Below are positions 1 to 8,656 of a stretch of 64,000 bases of DNA, piece after piece. This stretch comes from an uncultured Chthonomonadaceae bacterium. GTDB lineage: Bacteria; Armatimonadota; Chthonomonadetes; Chthonomonadales; Chthonomonadaceae. Numbering within the stretch: the stretch's first letter is position 1; every line of letters begins with the position of its first letter. Both the position numbers and the translations under genes were made by a program. Under the pieces are notes generated by a model that was given only the letters and a program-made list of their open reading frames with translations, ran no database searches and was not told the DNA's origin. Where the stretch lies: positions 1 through 64,000 of the forward strand of contig CAWIEK010000024.1 in assembly GCA_963835065.1 (NCBI GenBank), read 5' to 3'.

Positions 1-1019
1 GGGTTCGTCATTCGGGTCTTGCGGCACGAGTTTGCCCCGGACGGCAAGGCTGAGAACGGTTTGGCGAATTAGCGCGATTTGCTCCGGGCGCGTGGTGAGG
101 CGCGGCAGATGGTGGAGATGAAAGGCGGCGTGTTCGCGAAAGGCGGGCGAGTCGGCGGGCTGGTTCAGGCGTTGGAGGGATGCCGCTGTTAAGCGCTCCC
201 GGCGGTATTCCCGTTCCGCCTGCGCCGCTTCCAATTGGTCACACAAGGCCATGAGTTCGTCTACTTTGGCGACGATGCGGTGTTGTTCGGCAAGAGGTGG
301 AAGCGTTAACGGCAGCATTTCAAGTTTTGGTTTGGTTATGTGTTGTAAGCCGACTCCGCCATGTGCTTGGTCAATAAGTTCAAGTAGTCTGGAATTGATT
401 GCCAACTTGAGGAACTGCGGCATGAAAAGTTAGTCCCTACTTGCTCAACTCGAAAGATATGTTGATTAAGAATGGCATGGCCGCGACTCCAGATATGTGC
501 CCCAAACGATGTGCCAGGCGTACCAGACCAACTAATGAGGAAGTCACCACTATCAATGTGAAACTTCTCTAAAACCGGTGTGTTGCAGTAGTTGAAAGGG
601 GCCGCCTCATTGTTCAAATTTTGGATGCGAACAATCGGTACTCCATTCTCACTCCACTCGTCGGGTTTGAAGGCACGGCCATTGACCAATTGGAGAGCAT
701 CACCCAATCTTACCAAAGCCCAATGAATTGGCACTTCAAACGGAACTTCATCTAATCCTATGGGTAGATGTGTTTCTTGCTTCTTGATTTCACCAGCCTT
801 AACCAAACGATTCTTTTCCACCTGAATACGTTTTAGCAAATTGTCGGCGGGTTCGTCATTGGGGTCCTGGGGGACGAGTTTGCCCCGGACGGCGAGGTCG
901 AGGATGAAACGGCGCAGGCGCGGCAGGGCGTCGGGGGCGTCGGCGATGCGGTCGAAGTGGGCAAGAAGGTTTTCAGGATTTATCGGTGTTGGCTGCTCCG
1001 GGTTGCATTTTTGAGACAT
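1..1019 (-). pseudogene. hsdS: Type I RM specificity subunit, frameshifted near 425-428 and running off the window start
   Basis: The motif LAVRGKLVPQDPNDEP occurs twice (about 850-900 and 1-50). After the T-run in AACTTTTCATG the HsdS-like frame continues as MPQFLKLAINSRL...LPPLAEQHRIVAKVDELMALCDQLE. Lies downstream of hsdM. Confidence 0.9.
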
Positions 1020-1045
1020 GTACCAATTTCGTGTGAATTACAGGC

Positions 1046-1122
1046 AATTTGCTAGAAGGCTTCTAGCAAATTCGGTAATATCATAAACAGAAGGCAATTT
1101 TCCAGAAGCCTTCTGGAAAATT
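1046..1122. repeat. Two 27-bp palindromes in tandem with a 50-bp period
   Basis: AATTTGCTAGAAG-G-CTTCTAGCAAATT (1046-1072) and AATTTTCCAGAAG-C-CTTCTGGAAAATT (1096-1122). Confidence 0.9.
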
Positions 1123-1128
1123 GGTAAG

Positions 1129-1162
1129 AAAACGCCTATCAGGTATTACTGATAGGCGTTTT
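1129..1162. terminator. Probable bidirectional intrinsic terminator after doc
   Basis: 14-bp stem AAAACGCCTATCAG / CTGATAGGCGTTTT with a 6-nt loop. Confidence 0.7.
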
Positions 1163-1183
1163 GTAAACCGGGTGTTGCGAGTA

Positions 1184-1623
1184 TTAGAAAACGGTCAAAG
1201 GAGAGGTTCTTCCTTTAATCCAATCCGTAAACTCTTGAATAGAAAGTTGCTTTTCCTGAAAAGCAAGCGCGACTTTGATAGCCTCTTCATCAAATCGCGC
1301 GCCATCATATATTTTCATGTCGTAGCCATTCAGTTCAAGGAAGGTTACGCACGTGAGTAAACCTGTTCTCTTGTTCGCGCCACAGAAGATATGATTGACA
1401 ATAATACGTTCCGCTATCGCGGCTGCCTTATCAAAGATGGTGGGGAAACGGTCTTCGCCAAAACGTATGGTTCGTATCTCTTCCAAGATGTAATCAAGCG
1501 AGTTTCGGTACAGAAGATTGTCTATCCCTACGTAGTCTTCCCCGAATCTTCAATGAACATCCTGTTGATTTCGATGATAACCTGAACGCTTGGAACTTTC
1601 AGTATTTGGCGAGTTCCGTCCAT
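1184..1623 (-). pseudogene. doc: Fic/Doc family toxin, frameshifted in the C-run at 1540-1543
   Basis: Fic motif variant HIFCGANKRTG. The Doc-like N-terminus MDGTRQILKVPSVQVIIEINRMFIEDSG joins EDYVGIDNLLYRNSLDYILEE if one base is added in the homopolymer. Confidence 0.8.
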
Positions 1624-1775
1624 GTTTTGCGGTGGCGTTCCATTCGACGTTTGGCTATGGCTAAGAATTCAGCGTCAATTTCGGCTTGTGTCGGTTCCGG
1701 GGCATTATCCGGCTGCTCCCCTAAAGGAGTTTTGGGTTCAGGAGAAACTTTCGGTTCAACCTCTACAACAGACAT
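1599..1775 (-). CDS. Small antitoxin partner of Doc
   Basis: 58 aa, RBS GAGGA, overlaps the doc start. The C-terminal helix EFLAIAKRRMERHRKTWTELAK is typical of Doc-associated antitoxins. Confidence 0.65.
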   Translation of the reverse strand: MSVVEVEPKVSPEPKTPLGEQPDNAPEPTQAEIDAEFLAIAKRRMERHRKTWTELAKY

Positions 1776-1835
1776 AGTTCTATCCTCACAGACATGGACG
1801 CACAAAGATTACAGTCTTAGTATAACACTACTTTC

Positions 1836-3290
1836 TCATCTTAGCAGCGCCTCCGCTAAAATCGTTTTCAGTTGGTCGCGCAGGGCGTTTGTTTGCTGTT
1901 CCGCCGCGTCCAATCGGAGGAGCAGTTCTTGGGGGTCGCCGTGATCGTCGGCAATCGTGTGCGGGTTTTTGAAGTCCAGATTGTAGCCCCGCGCCTTTAC
2001 CTCGTCGGCGGACACGCGCCACGCCACTTCGCTTTCTTTTCGCCCCTGCCGCTCGCGCCCGCCCCACCATGTTACGCACGGCGCGAAGTGTTCCACGCGA
2101 ATGGGGCGCGTCATGGAGTACGCTTTCTGGCCGGCGGGCACCTGATGCTCGTAGAACCAGATTTCCTTTGTTTGTTCGCCCTTTTCAAAAAACAGCAGGT
2201 TGGTTCCGATGCTGGCATACGGCTTGAACACGCTGTTGGGCAGGCGCACGATGGTATGCAGATTGCACTCCTCCATGAGATGCTCTTTCAAGCGCGTTTT
2301 CACGCCCTCGCCGAAAAGGGAGCCGTCCGGCAAAACAACGGCGGCGCGGCCTCCCGATTTCAGCAGGCGCACAATCAGGGCCAGAAACAGGTCAGCGGTT
2401 TCGCGGGTCTGGAAATGTTTGGGGAAGTTGGTTTCGATGCCGTCTTCCTCGCGCCCGCCAAACGGAGGATTGGTCAGGATAATGTCAACCCGGTCCGATT
2501 GATGGTAGCTGATGTACGGGCGGGCCAGCGTGTTGTCGTGGCGGACGAAGGAGGGATCGTCAATGCCGTGCAGCAGCATGTTGGTCACGCACAGCATGTG
2601 CGGAAGCTGCTTCTTTTCCACCGCGCGCAGCCCCGCCTGCATTGCAAGATCGTCTTCAGTGGTATGGACATAGTGTTCGCGCATGTAGCGGAGGGCGCAC
2701 GTCAAAAAGCCGCCCGTGCCACACGCGGGATCGAACAGAATCTCGCCGGGATGCGGGTCGGTGCGTTCGGCCATAAACGCGGTCACGGCGCGGGGCGTGT
2801 AATACTCGCCTGCGTTGCCCGCGCTTTGCAGGTCGTTGAGAATTTGCTCGTAGATGTCGCCGAAGTGCTGCCGCTCCGACAGGTTGTTGAAGTCAATGGC
2901 GGCGATTTTGTTCACCACCTGCCGCATCAGCTGCCCCGACTTCATGTAGTTGTAGGCATCCTCGAACACGCTGCGCACCACGCGCCTGCGCCCGTCCTGC
3001 CCCGCGAGGGGCAAGTCTTTCAGGGTTGGAAACAGCGTCTCGTTGATGAACGTCACCAACGCTTCGCCCGTCCTGCCTTCCGCATCCGCCGCCCACGCCC
3101 GCCACTGCAAGGCTTCGGGGATCGGGGAACGGTAGCCGGGTTCCAGAAGTTCCAGTTCTTTATCCTGGTCATCAATAATCTTGAGAAAGAACATCCAGCA
3201 CAACTGCGAAATGCGCTGCGCGTCGCCATCCACGCCCACATCCTGGCGCATAATGTCCTGAATTGATTTTACGGTGTTGCGGACAGACAT
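1836..3290 (-). CDS. hsdM: Type I RM methyltransferase subunit M
   Basis: GEYYTPR, DPACGTGGF and NPPF motifs; GGAG RBS before the ATG at 3290. Confidence 0.97.
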   Translation of the reverse strand: MSVRNTVKSIQDIMRQDVGVDGDAQRISQLCWMFFLKIIDDQDKELELLEPGYRSPIPEALQWRAWAADAEGRTGEALVTFINETLFPTLKDLPLAGQDGRRRVVRSVFEDAYNYMKSGQLMRQVVNKIAAIDFNNLSERQHFGDIYEQILNDLQSAGNAGEYYTPRAVTAFMAERTDPHPGEILFDPACGTGGFLTCALRYMREHYVHTTEDDLAMQAGLRAVEKKQLPHMLCVTNMLLHGIDDPSFVRHDNTLARPYISYHQSDRVDIILTNPPFGGREEDGIETNFPKHFQTRETADLFLALIVRLLKSGGRAAVVLPDGSLFGEGVKTRLKEHLMEECNLHTIVRLPNSVFKPYASIGTNLLFFEKGEQTKEIWFYEHQVPAGQKAYSMTRPIRVEHFAPCVTWWGGRERQGRKESEVAWRVSADEVKARGYNLDFKNPHTIADDHGDPQELLLRLDAAEQQTNALRDQLKTILAEALLR

Positions 3291-3301
3291 AGGAAGCTCC
3301 G

Positions 3302-3427
3302 AGGCATTAGGCATTAGGCATTAGGCATCAGGAATTAGGCATTAGATATAGGGTATTGATCTTCTGTCTTTTCTTCTTCTCTTCTTCTTTTCTTCCCTAA
3401 TGCCTAATGCCTAATGCCTAATGCCTA
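3302..3427. repeat. Inverted heptamer arrays (AGGCATT)n ... (AATGCCT)n between hsdR and hsdM
   Basis: Read directly; pyrimidine-rich spacer between the arms. Confidence 0.95.
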
Positions 3428-5884
3428 CGTATAGAGCGCCGCCTGCAATTCGTGGACGGCGGTTTGGAAGGCGGCGGGGCCGCCGAATTGGGAGACAAGC
3501 TGCGTCACGCTGCCCATGCTGTTGAAGGGCGCGATGCGCAGTAACTGCAAATCGTCGAGTTTCATCACGCCCTGATCCTGATATTTGAGCAGGAGGGCTT
3601 CCAGTACGGCGCGAGCTTTGTCGCCGTAGCGGGTGAACACGTCGCGCTTGCGGACGCTTTCGGCCCGTTCACGCCGGGTGAGCGGGGGCCGGTCAAAAGC
3701 GACATGGCAGATCAAGTCGAACGGGTCCAGGTCCCGGCCTATTTCTTCCAACAGCGGGGCAAGCGGCAGGTCTTCGCGTTCCAGTTCTTCCAGAATGGCC
3801 TGCTTGCGCAGGGCGCCCTTCCAGCGGGTTAGAAAATCGTCCAGGCTGGCGAAGCGCTTGCGCAGGGCGCGTTTGGTAAAGTCGCGCAGGCTTTCCGTGA
3901 CCAGTTTGCCGTTTTCGTCCAGATACTCCACGCGCTCGGCAATGATTTGGGCGCTGATGCCGTCCACGTAGATTTTGCGGCGTTTCCCCACTCCGTCCGA
4001 GAGCAGGGAAATATCCGGCGTACCGCCATCCACAACGGTTTCCGCCCCCTCCTCGCCATAACCCGGCCTGTCTTCTTCGGTCGCTTCCGTTTCCTCTTCT
4101 TCTGAGGGCGTGATCGGGTCGTTTGCTCCCGGCTCGTAAATCTGCACGGGTTCGCCATCAAAATCGGGGTCGGCAAAGTGGTGGGTCGCGCCCCGGAAGT
4201 CAATCACGGTGAAATAGAATTTTTTCGTATCGTCGTGGATTCGGGTTCCCCGTCCCACGATCTGCTTGAACTCCGTTGTCGAGCCGACAGCGCGATCCAG
4301 CACGATCAGGCGGCAGGTTTGGGCATCCACGCCCGTTGACAGCAGGCGCGACGTGGTGACAAGCACAGGGTATTTGGATTCGGGATCAATGAAGTTTCCA
4401 AGCTGCGCCTGGCCTTCCTGGTCACTGCCCGTAATCCGCATCACGTACCTGTGGTTCTGCTGGTACAGGTCGGGGTTTTCGTTGATGAGCGCCTGCCTCA
4501 TGCGGGCCGCGTGTTCCTCATCCACGCAGAATACGATTGTCTTTTGAAACCGGTCGCCGCTGGCTTTCAAAAAGTCCGAGATTTTGCGGGCCACCAGTTT
4601 GGTGCGGGGGTCCAGAACAATGGTGCGGTCAAAATCCTTTTGGTTATAAATCCGGTCCTCGATCTCCTCGCCGTCGCGGTCTACAGTTCCCTGCACGGGC
4701 CGGTAGCCTTCCACATCCCGGTCAATGTGAACGCGCACCACTTTATAGGGCGCGAGAAAGCCGTCGCGGATGCCCTGTTTCAGTGAATAGGAATACACGG
4801 GCGGGCCGAAATAGCTGATGTTGGAAACGTAGCGGGTTTCTTTGGGCGTGGCGGTCAGGCCAATCTGCGTTGCGCCGGCAAAGTATTCCAGTATTTCGCG
4901 CCAGGCGGCGTCTTCCGCCGCGCTGCCCCGGTGACACTCATCAATCACAATCAAATCGAAAAAGCCGGGCGAAAACTCGCGGAACAGCTTTTGCCGCTCT
5001 TCCGGGCCGGTAATCGCCTGGTACAATCCCAGATAAACTTCATACGCGGTATCTACGCGGCGCTTGCGGTCGCTGTCTTTCGCTATCGCGGTGGGAAGCG
5101 ATACCTCAATGCCGTCGGGCCGCTCGATGGTTTTGGTATTGGCGCTCAGTTTCGCCATTGCCGCGCCGAAAGGCCGGAAGTCGTTTACCATCGTCTGGTC
5201 TATCAGCACGTTGCGGTCGGCAAGGAACAGAATTCGTTTTTTGCGCCCCGATTTCCACAAGCGCCAGAGTATCTGAAACGCCGTGTACGTTTTGCCGGTT
5301 CCCGTCGCCATGACCAGCAGAACGCGGTTCTGCCCTCTGGCAATGGCTTCCATGGTGGCGTTGATCGCGTTGACCTGGTAGTAGCGCGGCGTTTTGCCGC
5401 TTCCATCCTCATAGTAATCCTGAAGCACAATCGCTTCTTCTTCGGGCGCAAGGCCCTTCCAGGCGCGGTATTTGGCCCACAATTCGCCGGGGGAGGGAAA
5501 CTTGTCCAGGGGCAACGTTGTTTCCAGCAGCAGGCTTGTGCCCGTCCGGTCATGGAAAACAAAGCCGTCGCCGTTGGAAGCGAACACAAAGGGGATGTTG
5601 AGGGTATCGGCGTAATCCAGCGCCTGCTGCATCCCGTCGCCCAGGCTGTGCTTGTTGTCTTTGGCTTCAATCAGTGCGATGGGGATATTAGGCTTGATGT
5701 ACAGGATGTAATCGGCGCGTTTCTGTGTGCCCCGCGTGACCAGCTTGCCGCGCACCATGATGCGCCCGTTCGTGAAGCTGACTTCCTCGCGGATTTGCAG
5801 CATCTCATCCCACCCGGCCTGCTTCACGGCGGGCGTGATAAACTTGGCGCAGATGTCCCGTTCGCTGAGAGGCTTCTTGTCCAT
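3425..5884 (-). CDS. hsdR: Type I RM restriction subunit R (EcoAI/EcoEI-like)
   Basis: ADY...IEAK nuclease motif; ATGTGKT, DECH and QIVGRGTR helicase motifs. Confidence 0.97.
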   Translation of the reverse strand: MDKKPLSERDICAKFITPAVKQAGWDEMLQIREEVSFTNGRIMVRGKLVTRGTQKRADYILYIKPNIPIALIEAKDNKHSLGDGMQQALDYADTLNIPFVFASNGDGFVFHDRTGTSLLLETTLPLDKFPSPGELWAKYRAWKGLAPEEEAIVLQDYYEDGSGKTPRYYQVNAINATMEAIARGQNRVLLVMATGTGKTYTAFQILWRLWKSGRKKRILFLADRNVLIDQTMVNDFRPFGAAMAKLSANTKTIERPDGIEVSLPTAIAKDSDRKRRVDTAYEVYLGLYQAITGPEERQKLFREFSPGFFDLIVIDECHRGSAAEDAAWREILEYFAGATQIGLTATPKETRYVSNISYFGPPVYSYSLKQGIRDGFLAPYKVVRVHIDRDVEGYRPVQGTVDRDGEEIEDRIYNQKDFDRTIVLDPRTKLVARKISDFLKASGDRFQKTIVFCVDEEHAARMRQALINENPDLYQQNHRYVMRITGSDQEGQAQLGNFIDPESKYPVLVTTSRLLSTGVDAQTCRLIVLDRAVGSTTEFKQIVGRGTRIHDDTKKFYFTVIDFRGATHHFADPDFDGEPVQIYEPGANDPITPSEEEETEATEEDRPGYGEEGAETVVDGGTPDISLLSDGVGKRRKIYVDGISAQIIAERVEYLDENGKLVTESLRDFTKRALRKRFASLDDFLTRWKGALRKQAILEELEREDLPLAPLLEEIGRDLDPFDLICHVAFDRPPLTRRERAESVRKRDVFTRYGDKARAVLEALLLKYQDQGVMKLDDLQLLRIAPFNSMGSVTQLVSQFGGPAAFQTAVHELQAALYT

Positions 5885-5929
5885 TGTTTTTCCCGCAAAC
5901 GCGCCCGATTGATGCCAAAGAAATGGTTG

Positions 5930-6478
5930 CTATTTGGACGGAGCGGGCGGAAACGCTTTGCCGTCTATGAGCATTTTGCCGCCGGCGGGCATGTCTTTTT
6001 GGAGCAGCAGCAGCCACTTACCGCCGGACTTGGTCCAGGTGTCCTGCGCCGTGCTGATCGCGTCCATCTTGTGCGGCTTGCCTTTGGGGTCGGCAATCGT
6101 GGCGGCCAGATGCAGCGAATTGTTCACCACCATGTTTGCGCCCACCATCTTGACGCCGGTAACGGTAAAGGTGGCGCTATTGATGGTCGTCAGCCCTTTC
6201 AGATTGGCGTCCAGCGAGCTGATCCATTGGTCGCGGGTGAGCGTTCTGCCATCCGCCGTCTGGTTTGTCGCGTTGGGAACGGCCAGGGCTTGGATGGCTT
6301 TGGTATCTTTCTTCTTGAGCGCCGCCCCGATTTTGTTGTACAGCGCCTGCGCGTCGCTCTTCGTCGGCGCGGTATCGGCTTTTGCCCCATAAGGCGTGGC
6401 AATCAAGGCAGTTGTGGTCACGCCGCCGATTAAGACAGGCAGCAGCAGGGAAAGTGTGGCAAGGTTTGGGAATCGCAT
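5930..6478 (-). CDS. Secreted protein with an NTF2/DUF4440-like fold
   Basis: Signal peptide, GGAG RBS, DTWTKSGGKWLL ending. Confidence 0.65.
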   Translation of the reverse strand: MRFPNLATLSLLLPVLIGGVTTTALIATPYGAKADTAPTKSDAQALYNKIGAALKKKDTKAIQALAVPNATNQTADGRTLTRDQWISSLDANLKGLTTINSATFTVTGVKMVGANMVVNNSLHLAATIADPKGKPHKMDAISTAQDTWTKSGGKWLLLLQKDMPAGGKMLIDGKAFPPAPSK

Positions 6479-6540
6479 GAATGTCTCCATTTTTAAGATT
6501 TACAGCAGTGAGGGTGTTGTAGAAAATTTCTGTATTCTGT

Positions 6541-6573
6541 GTGCAGGGCGGGGAACAAGCCCCTACCCTGCAC
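6541..6573. repeat. REP-like palindrome
   Basis: GTGCAGGGCGGGG-AACAAG-CCCCTACCCTGCAC. Confidence 0.6.
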
Positions 6574-6594
6574 AACATCTTGGTTAAATTCGCC

Positions 6595-7701
6595 TTACGG
6601 CGTCGGTTTCGCGGCGGACGCGGTTTTGGCGGTTTTCGCGCCTTTTGGCGTTTTGATGGGATAGCCTTTCCAGACATATTCCAGCGCCTGGGGCAGCGTT
6701 TGGTTGACGACCCTGCCGTCCACGTGTCCCGCGCCCACCGCATAGACGTACTGGTAATGGTACTTTTTCGCCTTCAGCACTTCGGCCATGCGCTGATTTG
6801 CCAGCGGCCAGTTGTGGTAGGTGGATTCGGGGTCGTGGGAGCGGTTGTCGTTTTCCCCGACTTCCATCCAGATGCGCAGGGGTTTGGCCTTGCTTTGCGG
6901 AATCAAATGCTCGTGGTACTCCCAGGCGCCGTGCGGGGAAGCGGGGTTGAGGGGCGACTGCTGGTTGACGTAGGTTCCCGAATACGTCAGAACGCGGTGG
7001 TACAAATCGGGATGATACCACGCCATTGTAAACGCCGCCGCGCCGCCCGAACTGCCGCCCATCGTCATGCGGGCGTTGGGGTCTTTGGTAAAGGTGACGT
7101 GGTAGTCCTGCGTGATCTTGGGCAGCACTTCGGTTTCGATGAACTCGGCGTACTGTCCTGAAACAGTGTCGTACTCCAATCCCCGCTCGCTGCCCTGCGC
7201 GTCGCCGCCGCCCGAATTTATAAAAATCGCGGCCATGACGGGCAGGCGGCGATCCGCGATCATGTTGTCCAGAATCGTGGGCATCTGCCGCTGTCCCATG
7301 CTGTCCTGCGACACGAGAAACGGGATGGGCGTTCCCGCGACGTACTGACTCGGCACGTACACAGTGACGTGGCGCTGATACGGAACCGTCTGCCCCGGCG
7401 CGGTTTTGCTAATGCCCGGATAGATTTTGCTGTCCGTAGAGTTCATGGTAAACTGGTAAATCATGCCTTTCGGCGCGTCGGCGCGTTCGGTCAGTTCCGG
7501 CGCGTTAGCATAAGGCGGCTGAACAATGTAATCGCCATCGCCCACGCCGGGGGCATAAGGCGCAAGCTGCGTGGTACTCACAACCGAGCCTTGCGCGGGG
7601 TCGGCAGCAGTTTGCGCCTCAGCGGCGCGTTGGGTCGCGGGCAGACAGGGATAAACCGCGAGACAAAAAAAGGCGAGACAATGCGTAAGGGTTGGCTTCA
7701 A
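6595..7701 (-). CDS. Secreted alpha/beta-hydrolase (enterochelin-esterase-like)
   Basis: GGSSGG nucleophile elbow, RGLEYD motif, C-terminal GH; TTG start after GAGGAG. Confidence 0.85.
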   Translation of the reverse strand: MKPTLTHCLAFFCLAVYPCLPATQRAAEAQTAADPAQGSVVSTTQLAPYAPGVGDGDYIVQPPYANAPELTERADAPKGMIYQFTMNSTDSKIYPGISKTAPGQTVPYQRHVTVYVPSQYVAGTPIPFLVSQDSMGQRQMPTILDNMIADRRLPVMAAIFINSGGGDAQGSERGLEYDTVSGQYAEFIETEVLPKITQDYHVTFTKDPNARMTMGGSSGGAAAFTMAWYHPDLYHRVLTYSGTYVNQQSPLNPASPHGAWEYHEHLIPQSKAKPLRIWMEVGENDNRSHDPESTYHNWPLANQRMAEVLKAKKYHYQYVYAVGAGHVDGRVVNQTLPQALEYVWKGYPIKTPKGAKTAKTASAAKPTP

Positions 7702-7751
7702 TGTATTCTCCTCTGTTGCAAGGATAGAGTTTGGTTTGGAAGGCTTGCAGC

Positions 7752-7788
7752 ATAGCGCTATCATAGCAACAAGCCTACCATTTGTCAA
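7752..7788 (-). promoter_or_regulatory. Sigma70 promoter with an overlapping LacI-type palindrome
   Basis: TTGACA-17-TATGAT on the minus strand; ATAGCGCTAT palindrome at 7752-7761. Confidence 0.7.
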
Positions 7789-7849
7789 GGGTTGAAGTGA
7801 GAGATTGAAAGCCTTTTGTTGAAACAGAAGTTTCTCAACAGAAAATCGC

Positions 7850-8476
7850 TTACCCGCCATATCCCAGGCAATGCCAGCGGGGAGCCACATCTACTCTGGC
7901 ATTCAGGCCACGCTGATATAAGTCCATATCAGGCGGCATGTCTTCGGACGCGCAGTAGAGCAGCGCGCCGGAATGACAAGCCGCATCGCCATGCGAACAT
8001 ATCCACAGCCATACTCTTCCCCGGTCATCCTTCTCGGCTTTGGTCACGGTAAAGACTCCCTGCTGGAGTGGCAGGGCGGGAACCGCGCCCCGCTCCACGC
8101 GGCGGGCAAGGGATTCCAACGACGCTTGCTCCAGCGTAAAGGAGAGATGCAGCGGCCAATTTGTGAACGGCGCAGCGACCAGCGCCAGCGTCAGCATCCC
8201 CCATCCAATGCCGAACAGCGACACGCGCGCCCGGCTCCACGCCTTTGTTTTGCCGCGCAATGCTGCTATCCACGCGATTCCGACGGGAACACCTAAAACA
8301 GCTATCATCAGGGGCATGCCCGCATACCCCCAGCGCAATTCGCCCCGCGCAAACGCAAGCCCACTTACGGCGACACCACACAAGCCGGCGACGGTCAAGG
8401 CCAGCAGCATCGCAATCCCGATCCGCTCCAGCCATGCGCCGGCGCGCTGTTGCGGGGAAGTCAATGTTCCCATCAT
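7850..8476 (-). CDS. Hypothetical membrane protein
   Basis: About three hydrophobic helices; AGGAG RBS. Confidence 0.65.
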   Translation of the reverse strand: MMGTLTSPQQRAGAWLERIGIAMLLALTVAGLCGVAVSGLAFARGELRWGYAGMPLMIAVLGVPVGIAWIAALRGKTKAWSRARVSLFGIGWGMLTLALVAAPFTNWPLHLSFTLEQASLESLARRVERGAVPALPLQQGVFTVTKAEKDDRGRVWLWICSHGDAACHSGALLYCASEDMPPDMDLYQRGLNARVDVAPRWHCLGYGG

Positions 8477-8656
8477 CAATCTATTCTCCTTCAAGCGTTT
8501 TGGTCTTTCGGCAGACACAAACGCATTATAACTGATTTTGCGTGACGGCAGCGTGACCAACAGGCCAAAAGTTTTGTGTTTGCGTGACGGAATTGGCCGC
8601 ATCCGGTACTCGCGCAGGCAGGAAACCGCGCAACGCTTGCAGAATAGCACCCCACT

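Noticed and set aside
1..910. hsdS shufflon or invertible TRDs
   Set aside because: The repeated segments are direct, intragenic conserved regions normal for HsdS; no recombinase or inverted copy is visible, although the window edge limits the view.
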